A DNA stretch of 43,028 bases from a virus. The first letter of the stretch is position 1. Each line of letters starts with the position of its first letter. This document shows positions 34,219 through 41,262 of this stretch, in pieces. The notes below the pieces were generated by a model. It was not told the origin of the DNA. It worked only from the letters and a program-made list of their open reading frames with translations, and did no database searches. Both the position numbers and the translations under genes were made by a program. The stretch lies in the UHGV virus genome UHGV-1854010; one strand, 5' to 3'.

Positions 34219-34545
34219 ATGTTGGATGATTTAAAAATTCTTCTGGGAATTGATGTTTCCGATAGGGATTCCGATGAAAAGCTTTTACTGATTCTGGAAT
34301 CTGTGCGAAATCGTTTGAAACTGCTTCTTGGTGGCATGGAAGTGCCATCGAGTATGCAGCATATCGTTACGGATGTGGCAGTGATCAGGTTTAACCGCAT
34401 TGGCTCAGAGGGCATGTCCTCACATAGCGTGGCTGGAGAAAGTACTACGTACAATGAAAATGATTTTTCCGCCTATATGGACGAGATACAAGCGTATCTT
34501 GACTCTGTAGACGGGGTAAAACGTGGGAGGGTGCGATTCCTATGA
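34219..34545 (+). CDS. Head-tail connector protein (gp6-like, Phage_connect_1)
   Basis: The N-terminus LDDLKILLGIDVSDRDSDEKLLLILESV is typical of gp6-like connectors. Confidence 0.6.
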   Translation: MLDDLKILLGIDVSDRDSDEKLLLILESVRNRLKLLLGGMEVPSSMQHIVTDVAVIRFNRIGSEGMSSHSVAGESTTYNENDFSAYMDEIQAYLDSVDGVKRGRVRFL

Positions 34546-34856
34546 GATATGATAAAGCTGTATATTTTCAGGCGGTAGAACATGGAGCGTATAATCCAGA
34601 TACTGGTGATTACGCAGATGACCACGTGACAGAAGTGAAGAAGTACGGAAGCGTTTCAGATACCGGAACAGAAACGATGAACCTGATTTATGGCAGCATT
34701 AAACAAGGAAGTCTTACAATTCAATTGCAGACTCATTATACAGAAACATTCCACAGGATCCGTGTTGGAAGGAAAGTATACAGAGTGGATTTTGAACGAA
34801 AACTGCGAACAAAGCATGTGTTTGTAGTAAGTGAGGTGCAAAGTGGCAGAAATTAA
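34542..34856 (+). CDS. Head-tail adaptor / head closure protein (SPP1 gp16-like)
   Basis: About 100 aa, in the conserved position and order; ATGA overlap with its neighbour. Confidence 0.5.
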   Translation: MRYDKAVYFQAVEHGAYNPDTGDYADDHVTEVKKYGSVSDTGTETMNLIYGSIKQGSLTIQLQTHYTETFHRIRVGRKVYRVDFERKLRTKHVFVVSEVQSGRN

Positions 34857-35178
34857 ATTTGAGGGAATTGCAAAGCTGAATAAAGGCTTGAAAAAGAGAA
34901 TGGATATGAGCGCAGTGAAGACTGTTGTAAAAAGGAACGGCTCTGATATGCAAAGAGAAGCGCAGAGGAACGCACCGGTTGACACTGGAACACTGAAAAG
35001 AAGTATCGGTATTGACATCTCTGATGGTGGGATGACCGCCACTGTCGAACCAACAGCTGAGTATGCGCCTTATGTAGAACTCGGAACTCGCTTTATGGAA
35101 GCCCAACCCTATTTAAAACCCGCATTTGAGGAGCAAAAGAAACAGTTTGAAAAAGATTTGCAAAAGCTTGTGAGGTGA
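34843..35178 (+). CDS. HK97 gp10-family neck protein
   Basis: NAPVDTGTLKRSI...EYAPYVELGTRFMEAQPYLKPAFE matches the gp10 family signature. GTG start after GAGG. Confidence 0.65.
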   Translation: MAEIKFEGIAKLNKGLKKRMDMSAVKTVVKRNGSDMQREAQRNAPVDTGTLKRSIGIDISDGGMTATVEPTAEYAPYVELGTRFMEAQPYLKPAFEEQKKQFEKDLQKLVR

Positions 35179-35181
35179 GAT

Positions 35182-35565
35182 ATGGATCCACAGCAAGAAT
35201 TATTTACAAAATTACTTACAGAGATCAAAGCATTAGGATATGACGTATATGACGGCTTCTTACCGCCGGATGGTACGCCGTATCCTTTTGTTTATCTTGC
35301 AGATAGCCAACAGACAGACGATGCCAATAAAACGGCTGTGTTTGGCAATGTGTATCAGACCATTCATGTCTGGCACAACAATCCAAGACAGAGAGGAACG
35401 GTATCAAAAATGCTGTTGGCGATCAAAACCACATGCAGAAAACTGGATCATACCGAAAATTTTGCATGGGATGTCCGGAATGTAAATCAGAGAATTCTTC
35501 CGGATACAACAACAAAGCACCCTCTTTTACACGGGTTGCTGGAAATAGAATTTAGTTTTAGTTAG
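35182..35565 (+). CDS. Tail terminator / tail completion protein (putative)
   Basis: About 127 aa, located between the gp10-like gene and the major tail protein. Confidence 0.45.
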   Translation: MDPQQELFTKLLTEIKALGYDVYDGFLPPDGTPYPFVYLADSQQTDDANKTAVFGNVYQTIHVWHNNPRQRGTVSKMLLAIKTTCRKLDHTENFAWDVRNVNQRILPDTTTKHPLLHGLLEIEFSFS

Positions 35566-35579
35566 AGAGGAGAAAAAGC

Positions 35580-36104
35580 ATGTTTAAGACAGGACTACAG
35601 TTATTTGCAGAGGCGGTACCTGGCAAGAAAATCGTCTATTTGTATCGACTTGCAGGAAAAGCCAAAGAAGGGGCTGCGAAAAATCTTGCATTCACAACAG
35701 AAAATGGAAGAACAAAAAGCAAGGACGCAGATTCCACTGCCACAAAGGACGGAGCCATCCGTACACCCGGGGCTGCGGAAACAGAAATCACGGCCACTGC
35801 TATCCTTGCGAAGAAAGATAAGTTAATCTCTGAGTTAGAGGACGCAATGGATTCGGATGAGTTGCTTGAAATCTGGGAAGCAAACCTTGAGGATCCGGCA
35901 GAACCTGGTCCGAATAAGTTTAAGGGCATGTATTTCCAGGGATATCTCACGGAATTTGAGATCACATCCTCGGCAGATGAAAATGTAGAGGTGTCTCTTA
36001 CTTTTGGTGTTAACGGCTCCGGAAAACGAGGGGATGTTACTGTAACTGCACAGCAGCAGGAAGTAGCAGCTTATGTGTTTAAGGATACGACACAGGAATC
36101 GTAA
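35580..36104 (+). CDS. Major tail (tube) protein, phi13/TP901-1-like, with an N-terminal L27-like leader GLQLFA|EAV
   Basis: RBS gagaggagaaaaagcATG. 174 aa, placed upstream of chaperones and TMP. Thr/Ala-rich, like phi13-family tail proteins. Confidence 0.7.
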   Translation: MFKTGLQLFAEAVPGKKIVYLYRLAGKAKEGAAKNLAFTTENGRTKSKDADSTATKDGAIRTPGAAETEITATAILAKKDKLISELEDAMDSDELLEIWEANLEDPAEPGPNKFKGMYFQGYLTEFEITSSADENVEVSLTFGVNGSGKRGDVTVTAQQQEVAAYVFKDTTQES

Positions 36105-36106
36105 CC

Positions 36107-36139
36107 CCCTCTGGTGATACTGCCTTGATTAGCAGAGGG
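36107..36139 (+). promoter_or_regulatory. Conserved RNA hairpin CCCTCTG-gtgATACTGCCTTGATTag-CAGAGGG immediately after the major tail gene stop (paralog of 33733..33765)
   Basis: See the paired element at 33733..33765; the stems covary (CCCACTG/CAGTGGG versus CCCTCTG/CAGAGGG). Confidence 0.5.
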
Positions 36140-36203
36140 AGAATTTGTAAGGCGAAAAACGGATGATTATGTACATAGGGGGCGGTAAAACCGCTCTCTT
36201 TTA

Positions 36204-36629
36204 ATGGAGGTAAAAAATATGATGGAATTAACAATTAACGGACAGGTGTACCAGTTTAAATTCGGAATGGGATTTTTGAGAGAAATCAACAAGCAGACAA
36301 ATATGCCTGTGGATGGATTGCCGGGAGTAAAAAAAGACGTAGGATTCCGGTATGCGCTTATGAACTTAATAAATGGTGATCCGGATGCGTTGGTAAACAT
36401 TCTTGATGTTGCGAATAAAGGGCAGAATCCGAGAGCGACAAGAGGCCTTTTGGATGAGTATATCGACGATGAGGACACAGATATTGATGAACTTACAGAA
36501 ACAGTAATGGGTTTCTTGAAGAGTGCCAATGCTACGAAAAAAGCTACGGACGAGATCGTGGACGCTGTGGAGAAAGAGAAACAGAGAATGGAAGAGGAAG
36601 AAGCGAAGAAGAGAGAGTTGATGATGTAG
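36204..36629 (+). CDS. Tail assembly chaperone (gpG-like)
   Basis: Acidic protein of about 140 aa immediately upstream of TMP; RBS ggaggtaaaaaatATG. Confidence 0.65.
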   Translation: MEVKNMMELTINGQVYQFKFGMGFLREINKQTNMPVDGLPGVKKDVGFRYALMNLINGDPDALVNILDVANKGQNPRATRGLLDEYIDDEDTDIDELTETVMGFLKSANATKKATDEIVDAVEKEKQRMEEEEAKKRELMM

Positions 36630-36652
36630 ATTTTGAAGAATCCTACAGAGAG

Positions 36653-36967
36653 GTGGCGTTGAATTGTTTCCGACATCTTGGCTTTAAGAGCTTTGAAGAA
36701 GTGGATAGGTTGACAATTCCAGAATACACCCTGCTCATGGAGGCTGTGCAGCTAAGAGAAGTAGATAAGGACTATCGAAATCATCTGCAAGCGTTCCTGA
36801 ATTTTGCTGTGAAAGCAGAGAAAAAGGTCGGAAAGAATAAGACTAAACCAGTTTATCAGAGATTCAGAAAGTTTTTTGATTACGAAAAAGAAGTAGATCG
36901 TGTGAGGAACCGAAAGCAAAAAAATGAAAGATTGGACATAATCGGCAGAATGATGAAAGGAGAGTGA
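36653..36967 (+). CDS. Tail assembly chaperone -1-frame extension (gpT-like); probably expressed as a G-T fusion by -1 frameshift near GAAAAAAG 36536..36543
   Basis: This reading frame is the -1 frame relative to 36204..36629 and is open from 36491. The upstream ORF contains an A6 run in ACG-AAA-AAA-GCT. The listed ORF starts at GTG with no good RBS. Confidence 0.5.
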   Translation: MALNCFRHLGFKSFEEVDRLTIPEYTLLMEAVQLREVDKDYRNHLQAFLNFAVKAEKKVGKNKTKPVYQRFRKFFDYEKEVDRVRNRKQKNERLDIIGRMMKGE

Positions 36968-36971
36968 TGGC

Positions 36972-39737
36972 ATGGCAGAAAGTTTTTCCGTAAAGGCAAT
37001 ATTATCTGCGCAGGATAGAGGATTTACGTCTGCTTTCAAATCTGCAATGGGTACCGTAAGCAATTTAAAAAGCACGCTCACAAGTGGAATCGGATTTGGA
37101 ATCATGGCCGGAATTGGGCAAAAGGCATTTGGTGCTGTCACATCCAGTATTGGCGGTATGGTGTCGGAATTAAATTCTTCCAGTGCTGCATGGAAAACAT
37201 TTAACGGAAACATGTCGATGGTTGGCAAAGGCGCTGACGAGATTGCATCTGTAAAAAAGGAATTGCAAGAGTTTGCAGAAGATACAATTTACAGCGCATC
37301 TGATATGGCGAGTACTTACGCTCAGCTGAGTGCAGTAGGTATTAAAAGCACGAACAAGCTTGTAAAGGGATTCGGAGGGCTTGCGGCGGCAGCTGAGAAT
37401 CCAAAACAGGCAATGAAAACTTTAAGCCAGCAAGCTACACAGATGGCAGCGAAACCAACAGTTGCTTGGGCAGACTTTAAACTTATGATCGAACAGACTC
37501 CGGCTGGTATATCGGCAGTCGCAAAAGAAATGGGCATGACTACCACGGATCTGGTGCAGAATGTGCAGGACGGAAAAATCGCGACAGAAGATTTCTTTGA
37601 TGCTATCGCAAAAGTCGGCACAAATGACGCATTTACGAAGCTTGCTACAGAGTATAAGACTGTAGATCAGGCAATGGATGGTCTGACCGAAACAGTAAGC
37701 AATAAGCTGGCACCGTCATTTGATGTTCTATCCGGTCGAGCGATCAAGTCCCTAGATGGGATAATAAATAAAATAGGAGATCTTGATGGGGATGCAATCG
37801 CAGGGAAATTAACTGGATTTTTCGATAAAGCAAGTGGGTACTGGAATGTTTTAAAAACAGAGGCCTCTGAGGTAAAAACAGCTTTCGGGGATGCGTTTTC
37901 AGCAATCGGCGAAGATCTCGGAAAGATCACCGGTGCGTTTGGATCCACGGAAAGCATTAGTTCTTTCGCCGGTGTAATGGATTCCGCGAGCGGGGCTCTG
38001 CAAACATTTGCCGGATTTTTAGAGGATCATTCTGAAACTATCGCGAAAGTGATTCCTCAGATTCCTAAGCTTGTCGTTGCATATAAAGGCTTTAAGATTG
38101 CAAAAAGTGTTGCCCCGTTTGTAGGCGCATTCACCAGTGCGATTGCAGGTCTTGCCGGCGTAGGGATTAGTGCGATTGCCGGAAAATTGTTTGGAATTTC
38201 CAAGGGACAGAGAGAAGTTGGAGTGTCGAGTAGGGAAAGCATGAAAAGCACTATGGAATCTGCCAAAGCATTTATGATGCTTGGTGCAGGAGTTGCTCTG
38301 ATTAGTGCAGGGTTTTTCCTACTTTCCCAGGGGGCAAAGGCAGTAGCGGACTCGGGTCCTTTAGCAGTTGCGGTTTTAGTTGGAATGGTAGCAGCGATTG
38401 CAGGTCTTTTGATCGTTGCAAAAATGGTAGCTCCGACATTATCCTCCGGTGCAGCCGGATTTGTTGCATTCGGCGCAGCTGTTGTTTTGGCAGCGGCCGG
38501 AATCGCCGTATTAACTATGTCCGCAATTTCTCTGGCAAATGCAGGCCCGCTTGCAATCGCAGTGATGTTCGGCTTGATCGTAGCAATTGGTGGATTGATG
38601 GTCGTAGCGGCTGCAGTAGCTCCTGTCCTTACAGCAGGAGCTGTTGGTTTGATCGCATTCGGTGTGGCTGCGGCACTTGTTGGAGCGGCAGTATTGCTTG
38701 CGAGCGCAGGCCTTGCGATCGTGGCAAGTGTACTTCCGATTGTCGCCGAGTATGGCTTACAGGCATCTGTAGCAATCGGAGCATTGGGCGTTGCAATGAC
38801 GGTATTTGGAGCCGGTGTGATCGTGGCCGGTGCGGGCTGCGCTGTCCTTGCTGTTGGATTGCTTGCAGTAGGCGTTGCGGTGCTTGGAGTCACAGTTGGA
38901 GTAGTTGCATTCGGTGTCGCAATGGTAGCAGCGTGTGTTGGAGTGCTGGCGATGGCAGTCGCGTTACTGGCAGTAAATTCCAGCATGAAGTCCATTGCAA
39001 AAAACGCAAAAACAGCGCAGAAATCCATTACAAGTATGAAGGATTCTGTGAGTATTGTGAATGACGGGTTGGATGCTCTTGGAAACAAGGCTAAAAGTGC
39101 CGTGAAATCTATAGTGAGTGCATTTGACAACGGCGCGCGAAAAGCTAAGAGTTCCGGAAAGAAACTCGGAGACAGCGCGAAAGATGGGGTACAAAGCGGA
39201 CTCCAGCCAACACAGGCAATCGCAATCAGCATGGTTTCTTCCGTGCTTGCATCTCTTGCGTCAGGGGCGGGCAGCGCCTATAGCAGTGGTCTGAATATTG
39301 GAATTAGCTTTGCAAATGGATTAGCCGCAAGCCTTGGAAGAATACAGGCGATTGCGGCACAGATGACGGGCGCGGCAAATTCTGCAGCAGCATCCCGGGC
39401 GAGCCTGCCAAAAACAAGAAGTGTTATAGCGGGTGAAATAGAAAATACTCCGATGATCTCAGCTTATGGAATGGTCGATGAAATAAATGACAGAATTGAT
39501 ATTCCGGTTATTTCCAGTGCTGATCCAGTCATGACGGCATATACAAGCAGAGTAGGTGCGAAGAAAGAATTATCTGATGATTATACTTATAAGAGAAATG
39601 CGACATACACAATCGTTGTGCCGGTTGAATATAACGGCAGAGAAGCAGCACGTGTTACTGCAGAATTTACACAGAAAGAGTTGGAAAGCCGTGAGAGTAT
39701 GAAACTGAGACTGAAAGGAGAACGAAGCCATGTATGA
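36972..39737 (+). CDS. Tail tape measure protein (TP901-family core, long Ala/Gly/Val-rich hydrophobic central region)
   Basis: 921 aa. N-terminal TMP core SASDMASTYAQLSAVGIKS... followed by multiple TM-like AGV-rich segments. The gene lies between chaperone and Dit. Confidence 0.85.
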   Translation: MAESFSVKAILSAQDRGFTSAFKSAMGTVSNLKSTLTSGIGFGIMAGIGQKAFGAVTSSIGGMVSELNSSSAAWKTFNGNMSMVGKGADEIASVKKELQEFAEDTIYSASDMASTYAQLSAVGIKSTNKLVKGFGGLAAAAENPKQAMKTLSQQATQMAAKPTVAWADFKLMIEQTPAGISAVAKEMGMTTTDLVQNVQDGKIATEDFFDAIAKVGTNDAFTKLATEYKTVDQAMDGLTETVSNKLAPSFDVLSGRAIKSLDGIINKIGDLDGDAIAGKLTGFFDKASGYWNVLKTEASEVKTAFGDAFSAIGEDLGKITGAFGSTESISSFAGVMDSASGALQTFAGFLEDHSETIAKVIPQIPKLVVAYKGFKIAKSVAPFVGAFTSAIAGLAGVGISAIAGKLFGISKGQREVGVSSRESMKSTMESAKAFMMLGAGVALISAGFFLLSQGAKAVADSGPLAVAVLVGMVAAIAGLLIVAKMVAPTLSSGAAGFVAFGAAVVLAAAGIAVLTMSAISLANAGPLAIAVMFGLIVAIGGLMVVAAAVAPVLTAGAVGLIAFGVAAALVGAAVLLASAGLAIVASVLPIVAEYGLQASVAIGALGVAMTVFGAGVIVAGAGCAVLAVGLLAVGVAVLGVTVGVVAFGVAMVAACVGVLAMAVALLAVNSSMKSIAKNAKTAQKSITSMKDSVSIVNDGLDALGNKAKSAVKSIVSAFDNGARKAKSSGKKLGDSAKDGVQSGLQPTQAIAISMVSSVLASLASGAGSAYSSGLNIGISFANGLAASLGRIQAIAAQMTGAANSAAASRASLPKTRSVIAGEIENTPMISAYGMVDEINDRIDIPVISSADPVMTAYTSRVGAKKELSDDYTYKRNATYTIVVPVEYNGREAARVTAEFTQKELESRESMKLRLKGERSHV

Positions 39738-41262
39738 GTTTGTGGATACAAATAAGGCGGGGAGCAAAAGTTCCCTGCCGAGTGAGGCTCTGCAGATTGA
39801 TGGGGCATATATTGAAAATCTAATTGATGGATATCGGACTCTGTACGTGACCGGTCGTGAGCTTTTGGGATCGGAAATTTCGGAGAGAGAAATTGACCTT
39901 GTGGATGGGTCCGAGTATACGGGAAAGCGAGATACAACCAGAAGCATTACAGTTGGATACCAGTTGCTTTGCGCATCTCCTAGAGAGTTCCAGGAAAAAT
40001 TCAACAAACTCTCTGGAATCTTAAATAAGGAACAGGCAAAGCTGATTTTTGCAGATGAACCGGATAAATATTTTATCGGGACGAAATCAAGTGTCGGAGA
40101 TGTGGAGCCAGGCAGATTGAACGTAAAAAGCGAATTTACTTTTTATTGTTGTGATCCACGGAAATATTCTGCAGCGGAAAAATCGTTTACCGCTCATCAG
40201 GAAAGCGGATATCAGACGCTTACTATTGTAAACGGTGGTACAGGATCCGTTCCGGTAAGCTACGATATCACTCACAACCATGAAAATGGATTTATCGGGA
40301 TTGCCAGTAAATACGGTGCAATACAACTCGGCAAGACCGAAGAAGCAGACGGCGAAGACTATAAGGCGTCAGAGATACTGTCAGAGGGGTATAGCCTGTT
40401 TCAAGACGATCATGGTACCTCTTATCAGAATCCAGAAAACACCACACAGGGAGCGTTGGAAGTGCGGAATGTTGCTGGATACAATGTGATGGCGCTAAAA
40501 GGTGGACAAGCAACATCCGGATACTGGAATGGTGGAATGAAAACGCTTACTATCCCGGTGGACAGTGAGGGCAGACGTGGAGCGAAGAACTTTTACTGTT
40601 ACACGCAGCACTGGTTCGAGACAGGTTTGATGGGACAGACGGGAGCACAGACTATTGCGTTTCTTACAGGGGAAAATGAAGTGATCTGCTCTATGTCTAT
40701 TAACAAGAGTGATACGGTTGGTAATACGGCGCATGTTGACTGGTTTGCCCCTCAAAACAAGAAAATTAAGACACTGGATTTCCAGCCGACAGCCTACGAG
40801 GATAACCCGTTTAATTTAAAAATGGGCGGCGGACACAATGACTTTTTAAAAGAGGGTGACAAGTTGCGTATTTTCTGGTACGGGAAGTATTACCACTTTA
40901 CTATCCCAGAGATCAAAGATATGGAATGCGAGAAAATCCAGATCTGGATTGGACAGTGGGGGGACCGAAATCTGTCGAACCAGTACGTTACGCACAACTA
41001 TTTAAAAAGCATCTGGTTTCGCAAGGACAACGTGGAAAAATATCGGGATGTGCCGAACCGGTATCGCGCTGGGGATGTGGTGTCTATAGACGGGGAGAGC
41101 ACGAAGGTCTACGTTAATGGTATGGTGGCTAAGGGAGATGAGATTACAGGGACGGATTATTTTAAAGTGCCGCCAGGGATTACAGAAGTGCAGTTCTGCT
41201 ATTCTTCCTTTTCTTCTCCACCGCCGCATATTAAAGCGAAAATACGGGAGGTTTACTTGTAA
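39730..41262 (+). CDS. Distal tail protein (Dit, Sipho_tail family) with a large C-terminal extension (evolved Dit)
   Basis: N-terminal Dit-like fold signature and position after TMP. 510 aa, about 250 aa more than a minimal Dit. Confidence 0.7.
   Translation: MYEFVDTNKAGSKSSLPSEALQIDGAYIENLIDGYRTLYVTGRELLGSEISEREIDLVDGSEYTGKRDTTRSITVGYQLLCASPREFQEKFNKLSGILNKEQAKLIFADEPDKYFIGTKSSVGDVEPGRLNVKSEFTFYCCDPRKYSAAEKSFTAHQESGYQTLTIVNGGTGSVPVSYDITHNHENGFIGIASKYGAIQLGKTEEADGEDYKASEILSEGYSLFQDDHGTSYQNPENTTQGALEVRNVAGYNVMALKGGQATSGYWNGGMKTLTIPVDSEGRRGAKNFYCYTQHWFETGLMGQTGAQTIAFLTGENEVICSMSINKSDTVGNTAHVDWFAPQNKKIKTLDFQPTAYEDNPFNLKMGGGHNDFLKEGDKLRIFWYGKYYHFTIPEIKDMECEKIQIWIGQWGDRNLSNQYVTHNYLKSIWFRKDNVEKYRDVPNRYRAGDVVSIDGESTKVYVNGMVAKGDEITGTDYFKVPPGITEVQFCYSSFSSPPPHIKAKIREVYL

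Noticed and set aside
38057-39232. 391-aa minus-strand ORF (Ala/Thr/Pro-rich) inside the tape measure gene
   Set aside because: It is antisense to the TMP low-complexity, GC-rich, Ala/Gly/Val-coding region. Such frames are frequently open by composition alone, and there is no RBS. The same applies to 37322..37621 and 37667..37957.
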